A stretch of DNA of 64,000 nucleotides, from contig CAJINV010000022.1 of NCBI GenBank assembly GCA_905178155.1, forward strand, positions 310,001 through 374,000, given 5' to 3'. Position numbers and translations under genes: made by a program. Below the pieces are notes generated by a model that saw only the letters and a program-made list of their open reading frames with translations, searched no databases and was not told where the DNA came from. The DNA is from Amoebophrya sp. A120. Lineage: Eukaryota > Protista > Dinoflagellata. Below, piece after piece: positions 19,771 through 30,928 of this stretch (the stretch's first letter is position 1; every line of letters starts with the position of its first letter).

Positions 19771-21922
19771 ATGAGGCTGCGACAAGCACAAAAGACGGAA
19801 GGTCGTCTTTACTCCCAAGCTCCATTACCCCCGTTTATTCCTGGGTCTCGGAAGATATTTTGCTCTTCTGCAGCGCCCGTCTTTTTTGTTCTCGCGCTTT
19901 CAGCTGCCCTTTTCGATGGCATTCATGATTTCGAAAGCGGGAGCAGGTTCGAGACCGGAAAAAATCGCACCAATGGGATCGCAAAGAACACGCCAAAAAT
20001 TATCTTCACACACGGCATTCAACTGCAACTGCGAAAAAAAAGAACAGGTCGGCGCGGAGGATTATTGCCGCAAGGGTTAGCAAGTTCTTCTCGTGATACT
20101 AGAAGTAAAACGGGAGCGACTATAGGTACGTCCTCTCCTGGCGGAGTTGGTGCATCCTCCTCCTCGTCCTCTTCCTCTTCATCCTCCGGCCTGAATGTCT
20201 ACCCGTACAAGTACAGCTCCGGCCCGGGACCCCCGCCAACTGCGAGGACAAATACGTCTTTATCCCAGAGCGACTTTGTTCAACAGTCGTACCAGTACGG
20301 TGGTTCAAGTAGCAGTAGCAGTTATAGCCCGGCATCAAACCACCTCCAGTCTCAAACGACGCTTAGTGGAGTGGAAACCGAAACCACGCCGAGTAGCAGT
20401 TCAACGTCGAAGGGCAGTTGTGGCACTTCTAGTTCTAGCGCCCAGAAGGATAAGGCTAATATGGATTTTTACCAGGACCACCCTCTATCTTCTAACCCTG
20501 GAGGTTCTCTTCATCTGGATGACCATCGTCGTCAATGTCAACAAGGAGCAAAGAGTCCTCGAAAAAGTCCAGCGGCGGGCCGGATGCCGCTGAGCAACCC
20601 GGTTTTCGTGAATCCGCCCCCGGGCGGTGAAAAGGTTGATCTGAATCTGTCTCGCCGCACTTCATCTTCGCGGGCAGAAGAGGTAGAACGGGCTCCATCG
20701 TCAGTAGTTGACGTTCACCGACCGAGTCCTCGACCCGGCAGTTTATTTCGGCAGTCGCTTTCACAACATTCGAGTCAAGCGGAAAGTTTTTCTCCACAGA
20801 CGCAGGCGGGAAAACTGCCCAACAAGCCTGCGACTGCTAGTAGAACAATAAAGCATCCTTTCGTCGTGTTCTCGAAAGGCCTTCGCTTCATCGCAGTCCA
20901 ACACATTCTGCAGGACAACCCGCGGGCCAGTTGTGAGTTGAAAACTGTTGATGGGTTTGAGGGGAAAATGACACCTTTACTGTACTTGCTGATGATGTAT
21001 CGGAGATACAAGAACGACCTGCTCAGTGAATCTTTTCTGGAGGAAAGCGAAAGCAATGCGGGGAACAGGAAAAATCGTTTTGCAACTACATCATCAGCTT
21101 CGGAACCAGCAGTCCCGCGGTCGTGGTGCTCTCCTTCGGCGAATGGTGTTGCAGCGGGAGATGACCGCAACATGGGTGAGGATGGCCACGGGGCGGCCAA
21201 TAGCAGAGCTCGAGCAGCGGGGAATGCTAATGTTGTCCCCGAAGTTAAAAAAAGGCTTCCTCAGTTGCTTTCAAGGGTTGCGCGTCAGCAGCTGTCGCGC
21301 ATCAGCTGCGTTTTCTCCTGCAACCTGGCATGACCAAGAACCACCTGTCGAAGTGGATGCCACTGGTCGTTCTCGTTGTACCCGTCCGCAGCTAGAACAG
21401 GTTAAAGGGAAGTGCTATTTTCCGAGCCATAACGTGGCTCGGCGTGCTCGTGGTCGTTGTGAAGATGAAGATCCCCAGCAAGATGAACTACATCGCGACC
21501 ACCCGATAATTTTTGGCACTAGCGCGCCATCTGGTGCTGGTCGTGGGCTTTCCGCCGGTGGACTGTCTTCTTCACAGCCTCTTTTCACGCCCATCAGCGA
21601 CGAGTTTACCACTGAAGACGAAGTTCTCGCGATTGCTTCTCTCCTCCTGCAGTACTGCAGCTCGCGGCGCATGCGGATCAGTTCCATTTTCAGTGCGGCG
21701 CCCACTCCGTATTCTGATTCATCATCCGCCCGGGAGCGGGGTGCGAATGTTGGTGAGTTGCTCAGAGTTGTAGGTCCTTCGTCGTCGCCGTCGTCGTCCA
21801 GTGCTAAGGTCGCAGAGAAGTCGTGTTCTCCACGACCGTCTTCCAGCATCAGTCAGGCCGACATGGAGATGGCTTGGCTGAAGACGCTGGTCAATTTGTT
21901 GAACAAAAGTGACCGGTTTGTG
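19771..21922 (+). pseudogene. 5' part of a large Ser-rich gene with degenerate ankyrin-like motifs; frameshift at A7 21247-21253, then interrupted by an insertion
   Basis: ORFs 19678-21333 and 21026-22015 overlap across an A7 run. Motifs GKMTPLLYLL and LAIASLLLQY. The frame ends at a 34-bp segment that recurs at 22189 and 23006. Confidence 0.5.
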
Positions 21923-23005
21923 TATCCAAACCCACGCGCTTCTGGTGTTTTGCATGACAAATTTGGATGGCGACCGATCGGGAGCGTTCTGATCGGGAAT
22001 CTGGATAGAGGGTAGAACTAGAGTCGGCCCTCATAGATTTTAGGCTATCGGGATCCCTTCTGATGGCCCTCATAGATTAGCTATCGGGATCCCTTCTTAG
22101 GCTATCCGTGTCGGGCCTCCATGTCCGTGTCGGGAATTACTGCAATCAGGAACAAATTGTGCTGAAAAATCAGGAAGGTGAATCAGGTGGTCAATTTGTT
22201 GAACAAAAGTGACCGGTTTGTGGAAGACTATGTGACTCCCGAGGCAAACTCCCGACTATTCCCGCCTCGCCGAGCCCCTCGGAGTTAGATTTGGACAGCA
22301 ATTTGAGCAGCGCGCCGAACAGTCGCGAGCAGTCCATGATGTCGGTGTTGAGTGGAGGAGGTGGCTATTACACCTGCATTACCCACTGTCGTGTGGTTTG
22401 CACCAGTGTGCAGCCCGGGCTCTTGCATCGCCGTGTTGAACAACACCGACGTATGTGTAGACCTCGCAGGTTTTCCAGCGGCAACGGCTTGTCCACCAGT
22501 AGCTTCATGATTGATCAAGAGGAAGACCGCTTTCATTTTGCACTCAGAAAACTCTAGCCCTGCTATCGTAGATGTTGTAAGTGGGACGTGGATCTCCTGA
22601 TGAATGTCTTCACGAAGACCTGCTGCTTCGCGTTGATGCACGGGGTACGTCATGATCATGCTACATATACTGTATGCGCTGTCGTGGATCGAGATCAGCA
22701 GCTAGATCATGCTCCTCCCTCGAGGTGGGCACTCAGCACTTCTCACGGATGATTGATGGTGTGCGTCTTCTTGCTCTCACAGCAGCAACATAACAACGTA
22801 CTCGTAGTCAAGAACAAACCTACTTGCTTTTTCGAAAAGCACCGCTACTTCGGCTCTCGTTGTTTCGAAGTAAGACCTCAAGATCTTCATACTCACATCA
22901 AGAATACAAAGAATAACAATATCACGTAAGTAAAATACTAAGTAACATAACAAGTAGAAGCATCATCTCGTCCTACGGCTAGTATATTACCTTAGCACTT
23001 CTCAT
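21923..23005. repeat. Patchwork insertion made of copies of nearby sequence
   Basis: 22116-22187 resembles 29415-29485; 22188-22222 equals 21888-21922; 22236-22380 resembles 25176-25323; 22404-23005 resembles 30310-30917. Confidence 0.85.
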
Positions 23006-23058
23006 TTTGTTGAACAAAAGTGACCGGTTTGTGGAAGAAATTGTGAACAAAGTGAAAT

Positions 23059-26000
23059 GTGAACTTCGAAGTTGAGGCCGCTAATGACATGGACGAAGAC
23101 GATGGCGCGGCGCACCAGGAAGAAGAGGATTGTCGTGAAAAGCAGCAGCGAAGCAGGCAAAACAATGGTGGGGAAGTGGAAATCACACCACGCAGCCCTC
23201 TTCAACACAGCTCTGCTATCTCCTACGCCTGGTCGAGTCCGAAGCTCGCCGCGTTGTTGCTGGCGTATGGAGCGGATTTTATCAGGGTCGTTCAACTTCA
23301 AGCACCCTGCTCCGACGATTTTGCTGCAGTTTCGAAAGACTGCAGCACAGCTGTATCGGGGGAGCAGGAGCAGGACAAGACTTGCGATCATGCGGATCTA
23401 CTTGGAAGAGCAGAGCAGCCTCATTCCGTCACGACAACTGCTGAGCAACCACGTTCCAGCGTGGACGCCCTTCAAATTTTGCGATTCGTGCAGCACCACA
23501 GGACGACTGCAATCGAGTTACTGAATGAGCTGCAGAAGATCTTCACTCCGATTGCCGCATCAGATGGAGCCGAAGATGGAATTAAGAGCCAGCTGGAAAA
23601 CTACAAAACCGAAAAGCAGCAAATTTTAGAAACCAAAAAGCCAGAAAACATTGTCACCCAAGCGATCCTCCTCGGCACGAAAATATTAGCCGTCAACGAG
23701 AGTCAGGACAAGGAATTCCGGAAATCCAGACCATACGAGGGCCGCTTAGTCCCCGACACCCTCTCCTCGGAAATGGCCCGGGTGCGGAGAATGGAAGCAG
23801 CGTCCGATAGAGCGGCGAGGAAGCGGGAGAAGAGTTTGTTTGACGATAGTAGCAGCAGTGAAGAACAAAGTGAGGACTCGGAGCTTGACGAGTTTTCAAA
23901 CTTCTGCAGTGCAATGCCTGCAGTCGTGTCTACTGGAAGAACACTGAGGGACATCAAGGCTAATCGACGGGCTGCCGCTGCGCGGTTCAATCGTGGAAAG
24001 TACTGGTCTCCGGTAGAGGCTGAAGCTGAACCCGATGCGCTGCATCATCAAACCGGCAGTGTTGAAGGAGGACCTTCTGTTGTAAATAACTTGATGGCGT
24101 CGTGCACCACAGGAACTACCGCCGTTGCGCACTACAACTACATCACGTGGGGAGAAGATGAAGACGAAGAAAAATTGAGCAGGAATTACACAAGATATAA
24201 TCGCTCGACCGAGGTCGGTGGCCAAGACCGGCTCTTGGAGGCACCCGCCGCTGCTACACAAGTAGATGCTGATCCACTGCAGGCACCCCCACCACCGGCA
24301 TCGTATCTGAGCAAGATTGGCAAGCGAGGCCGTGCTGCCCAGCACCAGCAGCCACATAGTACCCCTCGCGCACGACCAGTCAGGCTGAACATCATCTCCC
24401 CCTCCACGTGTGGGATGTGTGGCTGTCAGGTGGGCGGATGCGGAGGTGCCAAGCCGGGAGATGACAGCGATCCAACAAGCGGCGCCAATAAAGTTCTTGC
24501 CAAAGACGAGCAGCAAGCCTGTTCCACGGGGAAGAACGAAAACAATAAACACTACTTCATCAATGCGAATTACTTGAACTTTGTGAAGAAAATGCGGGAA
24601 ATGCACGGGGCAAATTGGAAGCCGGTTTTGACAGAACAAGAGGCGCTGCAGCAAGGCTTGCTACACGCGATTCCCGCAGCTGCCGCAGCGAGAATCACCA
24701 CCTATTTCGATCAGGAAGTTGTTGCACACTCACAGCAGGGTGGATTTTCGAACGGGCGGACGTCTGACAGTACCTGTGGTTCCTACCTTGCGTCGGCGTC
24801 GAAAACATCAATCCCGTCTCCGAGCCCGAAAACCATGCAGGTTTTGATTATCCCGCCGCCACCGGAGCAGGTGTTCCAAAGTAGAGAAAATTCTGGCGAG
24901 GAGGCGGAGTGGTCGTCGCCTGGTGTGGAGGTTCAGAAGGACTTTTCACATTTCGGCGACGCATCTTCACATTCAGTCTCTAGTTCAAGACTACACAAAG
25001 ACGGTGAGCTCGAGCAGCAGAAAGCAGAACCATGGTCCTGCAGGCCCACTTCGGGCGACCTGGATTTGTTCGAGGCTGCTCCAACAGCAGCAGATAACTG
25101 CGCGCTGCGGTCTTCTTCACATTTGCAAGTTGATACGACCAGCAGCTACCCCTATGATCTCTACTCCCCGCTCCTCTCCCGAGGCAAACTGCCGACGATT
25201 CCCGCCTCGCCCAGCCCCTCGGAGTTAGATTTGGACAGCAATTCGAGCAGCGCGCCGAACAGTCGTGAGCAGTCCATGATGTCGGTGTTGAGTGGGCGGG
25301 GAGGCGGCTATTACACCTGCATTGATAGTGCCAGAGGTGGTGGTGGCACAACCGAGGCTAGTGGTGTTGCCGGTGCGGCTGAATTATCGCCTTCTGCGTT
25401 GGAAATCGATTTGTTTGAGGAGCCACTCTTCACGCCTCTCGAGGAGGATGCCAGTGCTCGTGCTGCGCAGCAGGGTTGTGTGGAGGAACAAGATGAACTA
25501 CTAGGGTCCTCGACGGTAGATCAACATCAAGTCGAAAGCCGGTCGAACTCGCACGAGAGCACGGTGCCGAGCCTTCCTGACCTTCTCACCAGAACTTCTA
25601 CCAGTCGACAACCTTGCACTCGAGAGGGATCTTCGCCGGAGCAGCAAGAAACTTCCGCTCCAGCAGCCACACAGCCAACGACGAGTGGTCTTCTGCTAGA
25701 AGACAATGACGATTTCTGGACATCAACGACGGCATCCAGCTCCTCGAACACCGCGGCCTCATCTTCCCTCACCGAGCAGCAGAAGCAGGACCTGTTCGCG
25801 AAGCTGACCGGCGCGAACCAGAAAGTCCTCAGCGGTGTGATCAGTACGAACTTGTTCGAAGATATCCAGGAAAAAACACACATACCCATCCACTTTTTGC
25901 ATGACAAACGCCGCAACTCATGCATGTTTTGCATGACAAATTGGATGGGGATGGGTGCGGGTGTTTTTTCCTGGATAGAAGATGACAGCGAGGACGACCA

Positions 26001-26775
26001 GGAGCATGTCTCCGTGTCGAAACAAGCCTCTGCGGCAAGCGTGTACGGGAGCGGAGCTGCACCAGACGAACGGCAGAAAATAAACCAGGGTGGTTCCAGT
26101 GCCGAGATGACTTTGAAGGAACTTATCGAGCGAGAGTACAGCACCGGTCGCACAACTAGTGGTAAAACATCGACCAAGAAACTCCTCGATCCCGCACAGC
26201 TCTGTCCGTCCAACGGCAGCGCAAAAACCGACACAACGTACACCAGCACTGCGATTGGATATCAGACATCGGATTGCAGTGCGTCAGCTATTTCTACTCA
26301 TTCTGTTTCTGCATCACAAGACCCAAGTGGCCGTCGCGAAAAATTTTTGTCCGGTGCTAGTCTGTTCACCGACCATTCTGGCGATGACGACCGCCAGTTG
26401 ATGTTGGGTACTTCGTTCTGCTCCGAAGGGGGCGCGTCAGCGTCGGGAAGTGGTGGAAATTTGTTTTCCTCGGAAGGGAGTCTCGTTGCCGCTGGTGGAA
26501 CAACAGCTGTAGTAACTTCTCCCATGCAGAACAGCAACACAATCTCTGCAAACCAACAGGAGATGCAACAGGAGCAGCAGCAGCTTTGTGATAGCACCTC
26601 TAGTTGCGGACTACTTGATATCCAATCTTCCTCCTGGGCGAGAACCATCACGCCTGCTAGTACGGCTGCAAAGAGTTGTAGTTCCGCGGAGGAGCTACCG
26701 GAATTTTCAGGCGGAACGAGTACTGACGAGGTTGTGAAACAGCAGGAGAAAGAACCAAAGGAGGTTGGGGACTAA
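23059..26775 (+). CDS. Large low-complexity ORF (1238 aa as tracked), probably the 3' part of the disrupted ankyrin-like gene; contains one in-frame TIR intron
   Basis: Long open frame with a non-ATG start. Ankyrin-like KLAALLLAYGAD. Element at 25863-25977. Confidence 0.6.
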   Translation: MNFEVEAANDMDEDDGAAHQEEEDCREKQQRSRQNNGGEVEITPRSPLQHSSAISYAWSSPKLAALLLAYGADFIRVVQLQAPCSDDFAAVSKDCSTAVSGEQEQDKTCDHADLLGRAEQPHSVTTTAEQPRSSVDALQILRFVQHHRTTAIELLNELQKIFTPIAASDGAEDGIKSQLENYKTEKQQILETKKPENIVTQAILLGTKILAVNESQDKEFRKSRPYEGRLVPDTLSSEMARVRRMEAASDRAARKREKSLFDDSSSSEEQSEDSELDEFSNFCSAMPAVVSTGRTLRDIKANRRAAAARFNRGKYWSPVEAEAEPDALHHQTGSVEGGPSVVNNLMASCTTGTTAVAHYNYITWGEDEDEEKLSRNYTRYNRSTEVGGQDRLLEAPAAATQVDADPLQAPPPPASYLSKIGKRGRAAQHQQPHSTPRARPVRLNIISPSTCGMCGCQVGGCGGAKPGDDSDPTSGANKVLAKDEQQACSTGKNENNKHYFINANYLNFVKKMREMHGANWKPVLTEQEALQQGLLHAIPAAAAARITTYFDQEVVAHSQQGGFSNGRTSDSTCGSYLASASKTSIPSPSPKTMQVLIIPPPPEQVFQSRENSGEEAEWSSPGVEVQKDFSHFGDASSHSVSSSRLHKDGELEQQKAEPWSCRPTSGDLDLFEAAPTAADNCALRSSSHLQVDTTSSYPYDLYSPLLSRGKLPTIPASPSPSELDLDSNSSSAPNSREQSMMSVLSGRGGGYYTCIDSARGGGGTTEASGVAGAAELSPSALEIDLFEEPLFTPLEEDASARAAQQGCVEEQDELLGSSTVDQHQVESRSNSHESTVPSLPDLLTRTSTSRQPCTREGSSPEQQETSAPAATQPTTSGLLLEDNDDFWTSTTASSSSNTAASSSLTEQQKQDLFAKLTGANQKVLSGVISTNLFEDIQEKTHIPIHFLHDKRRNSCMFCMTNWMGMGAGVFSWIEDDSEDDQEHVSVSKQASAASVYGSGAAPDERQKINQGGSSAEMTLKELIEREYSTGRTTSGKTSTKKLLDPAQLCPSNGSAKTDTTYTSTAIGYQTSDCSASAISTHSVSASQDPSGRREKFLSGASLFTDHSGDDDRQLMLGTSFCSEGGASASGSGGNLFSSEGSLVAAGGTTAVVTSPMQNSNTISANQQEMQQEQQQLCDSTSSCGLLDIQSSSWARTITPASTAAKSCSSAEELPEFSGGTSTDEVVKQQEKEPKEVGD
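25863..25977. mobile_element. TIR introner family K (H-like ends), hidden in frame
   Basis: TATCCAGGAAAAAACAC/GTGTTTTTTCCTGGATA; direct repeat GAAGA; two GCATGACAAA motifs; 115+5=120 nt with no stop. Confidence 0.88.
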
Positions 26776-27645
26776 ATGGAAATCGATCATGTTGGGCAGA
26801 TCATGCCAGACCCGGAACAACGCCAGCGCCCCCACCATGGGGGCACTCGAATGCTGCCGGGGAAGCTTGGCGCACCGGAATTATCCGAGAGGAAATTCGC
26901 AGGATTGGCCAGTCTGCTACTAAAAGACTTTCCTTTATTCCCGGCGGCCCGAGGCGGTCGCAGTAGAAGCAAGGCGGTTGTTTGCCCTGCGGGTGGGAAT
27001 TCGGCAGAGAGACTGCTCCTGCAGCGACGCAGTGGTGGTGTTTCGCTTCATCGTCGAGAACTACTACAACGAGATGAGCGCGCTTTGCAGCTGCAAGAAA
27101 CTGCTGCATCTTCATCATCTGACTCCAACTACCTCACGAAACAACTACCCAGGAAACGTACGTCGGTCCCAAGCTGTTTCGCATTTCTACACGGGAAAAT
27201 TCGGAAGAAGAACGACACAAGCTGCAATTCTAAGCAAGGCGAAGGTCCTTCTTGTCCGCTTCCTCTCTTCTTGTCCTGCGAGAAACGTGGGATGAAACAG
27301 CCGGTCAGTTGTGACCACGAAAATCAGAAATCTTCTCTTCTCGGCCTCTGTGCTGCAGACGGTGAGGACGCAAGAACTGCTGATGGTGGCACCAAAGCTG
27401 ACGAGTTGTGCGAGCAGATGTTGATGAAATGCAAGGGTGTTCTTGTACAACATCAAGCGCACCATGGGGTGACGCAAGCGCAGTGCCGCTCGCTGCAGTC
27501 TGTCATGCGAGATCTGCTCCACCACGACGATCAAGACCAACTTCAACAAGACCTGCAGATTGCCATGGATCTCATGACAGCGGTGCGCGACGTGCGAACC
27601 TGGTCTGCGGAAAGGCGGCGGGGTGGAGGTGCTGGGAGTGCATGA
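26776..27645 (+). CDS. Hypothetical ORF in frame immediately after the TAA of the previous ORF
   Basis: GAC TAA ATG GAA; 289-aa ORF in the same frame. Confidence 0.45.
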   Translation: MEIDHVGQIMPDPEQRQRPHHGGTRMLPGKLGAPELSERKFAGLASLLLKDFPLFPAARGGRSRSKAVVCPAGGNSAERLLLQRRSGGVSLHRRELLQRDERALQLQETAASSSSDSNYLTKQLPRKRTSVPSCFAFLHGKIRKKNDTSCNSKQGEGPSCPLPLFLSCEKRGMKQPVSCDHENQKSSLLGLCAADGEDARTADGGTKADELCEQMLMKCKGVLVQHQAHHGVTQAQCRSLQSVMRDLLHHDDQDQLQQDLQIAMDLMTAVRDVRTWSAERRRGGGAGSA

Positions 27646-30600
27646 GACAGACGGTCTTGGTGTCTACTGTCGTGTCTGCCTTCTACTTCTTCACGTGATC
27701 ATCTTCCGCAAGACACAGCGCCGCTTCTACTGATTCAAGCAACACAAGTCGCTTGTGGCACGGTACTACTTTGCCTGTAGTGTTCGGCCTTTTACTGTGT
27801 CTTCGTTTCATCTATCAATCACTTTATGAATCAATGTATCATGCGCTACAAAAACAGAATTGCATTGACTCAGGCCAGCCCTTTTCTTCGGGGGAGTACG
27901 AGTTGTATGCAAAGCTTTTCTAGTCTGCCCAAATAAAAATTGATGAAGTTTTGCCGACAAATGTTTGCGCAGAATACCTACCGTTGCAGCTACTCTTGCT
28001 TCGACTTTCGACATCAAAATGAACGTGTCAGTTCCGCGCTGCACGACTTATGATTTCAATTTTTTGCATCAATGGTTTGTCAATTGACAATTTTGAATAA
28101 AGAAATCACTCATCATATGATCTGTTCACAAATAAGTATAGCAAGTTTTCGAACGAAAATCAACATCGCGGCGCAGTTTCATTTCTATTTCGTGTATGAG
28201 TATGAACCTTCACGACTAGAACAAGAATACAGTATGCAATGTAGTTCTTTCTAGAAGTAAGAAATGCAAATCAAATACAAGACCCGCCACTCTGCAGCTC
28301 CTTTGGACGGAACAATTGCATGTTATATTTCCTCTTGCCGGGACATTGTTGCTTCCCGCAAGACTTGTTCCGCAAGCAGACATTCCTTGAAGTTCAATCC
28401 GCATGACCAGAATGATTGAGCGTCAGCATGTTCCAAATCATGAGAAAAATGCATGTAAATTATGGCCGCGAGTGTGATCAGTATCTGTATCAGATGTGAT
28501 CGCCGCGAGATCAATCGTGACCGCTCTACAACTTCCGTGAAATCAGATGTGATCGCCACAAGATCGTCGACAAAGCGGGCGGGAACGGGATCACGATCCT
28601 GTTGCTCGCTGTTGCACCACCTCGGGCTCGGTGACTGGAAAATGATGAAGCAAATAATTCGGTTGCCAAGAAGGTGGTGGTCACCATCTATCATGTTTCG
28701 ACGCGCTCAACACGTCAGTTGTTTGATGTTGATGAAGCCGTTTACTGTTCCATTCGGTCGTGGCTTGTTCCGGATAATTCGGTGAGAAGTAGATCTTCGC
28801 GCAGGTTCATCAGTCGGTGTCGGATCATCCTAATCAATCCAGCTGATCCTCTTCCTCCTGCAATTAGTAGATCCAAGTGTCGCCACAACCGGCACGGTAG
28901 AGGTAATACCATTCCAGGTGTGGAAGTGGAACCAGTCCTCGCCGCAGCAGCGGCAACACCTGGAGAAACGGTTTTGTGGATGCTGATGCATTCAACTCTG
29001 CCAAGGTACTTGTAGTACGGCCCAAGCACGAGTACAGCGCTTCAGGAACTATTCACTTCGGGAGTCACCTCGACGATGTTCATCAGGCCATTATACAGTT
29101 GCAGTGCAGTTGTACTAGTGGTGTCTACGTACATCTTCGCCGCAACTACCTCCTGACACCAGGGGACCAGGAGCTTCTACTCAGAACCAGCCGCACACCA
29201 GGAAAGTACTGACTCAGGAACAGCAGCACACCAGGCGGATTGTAATTGCAGCTGCGAAGGACATCAATCCGCGGTGTGGTCCTCGTAACGCTAAAGTTGT
29301 ACACCCTTGCTGGTCCTCGGCAGGAATACCACACGCCAGGAATACCACACGGAGAAGTGCCTGTAGATCATTCAGGAATGCGTCGGAAGGAAGATTCAGG
29401 AAGTGTCGAGAATCCTCCATGTCCGTGTCGGAAATCACTACAATCAGGAATGAATTGTGCTGAAAAATCAGGAAAGTGAACCAGGAACTACTGCGCATCC
29501 GGCAGATGATCAGGAACTTCGCATTTGTGGTCGACTTCAGGAATCTGTCTCTCGATCAGAAAGTTCTAGTTTTTTGTGTCAGCGAAGATGACGCTGTCAA
29601 GTGTCAGTCTGATTAGCAATGCAGGAACTTCTACAACAAGGACATCTTCAGCCGCATCCTCCTCTGCTCGTGTGAGAGAACTACCCCGCCCGCTTTCAGG
29701 AACTACATGTCTTCCCTTCGAGCTCGAGCCGATCATCTTGATACAGGAAACTTCTGCCAAGCGTGCGCGCACCAGTCGATCAAGCCTAGCAGAGATGCAG
29801 CAATCCTCAGGACCACGTGTGGAACGTGGAAATAACGGAGACAGGTCTTCTACATCTACCGAGCTGCTGCACCGCGATTGTGGATGTGTGCCAATTGTAC
29901 ATCGGTAAAGCATAGTTGTGAACGTGCGCCGCCCGGACGTGCGCAGTGGAGTGACCTGCTCTGGAACGTTGTTTACCTCCGTGGAACGATTCGTATTCGA
30001 CTGTCGGAAGCTCTTCGGTCCTCACATGTTCACGACGTTCTGCGAAAACCGAGCGCTGCGCTCGGTGAGCAGATGAAGGATGTTGTGCGTCGGAGTTATC
30101 AATGTACTGTCTCTGTCAAGTCATGTTGTATGAGCGTCCGAGCCCGTGGGGATGAACGTTTGCAGCAGGAGCGGTTGATCAAATAACATCAAGTTCGTTC
30201 CGCACAGCGACGGAGTCTGTTTTAGTTTATATTCGTCGTCGCGCAAGAACTAGCTGCACTACTCGCAGCCGCAAAACTACCCGAACGACGCGGCCCAAGT
30301 CCGGTGTTGCAGTGTGCAGGAGCTCGAGCTCTTGCATAGACGTGTTGATGAACCACACCGACGTATGTGTAGATCTCGCGTTGCTCCAGCGGCAAGAACA
30401 GCTTGTCCACCAGTAACTTCACGATTGATTCAGAGGAAGATCATGTACTCAGAGGACTCTACTGATGTACTTAGTACAACTAGATGGGGCGTGGATCTCC
30501 TGATGTCTTTACGAAGACCTGCTGCATCGCGTTGACGCACAGGGTACGTCATGAACATGATACGTATGCTGTATACGCTGTCGTGGATCGAGATCAGCAA

Positions 30601-30928
30601 CAAGATCTTCTAGATCATGCTCGTCCTACTTCGAGGGCACTCAGCACTCCTCATGGATGATTGATGTTGTGCTTCACTTTCGTGCTCTCACAGCAATATA
30701 ACCACGTACTCTTAGTCAAGAACAAGAACCCTACTAGCTTTTTCCAAAAGCCCCGCTACTTCGGCTCTTGTCGTTTCGAAGTAAGACCTCAAGCTCACTC
30801 TCACTCTCACACTCACAAGAATACAAAGAGTAACAATATCACGTAAGTAAAGTACTAAGTAACAAGTAGAAGCATCATCTCGTCCTACGGCTAGTATATT
30901 ACCTTAGCACTTCTCATTCACCTCGAAA

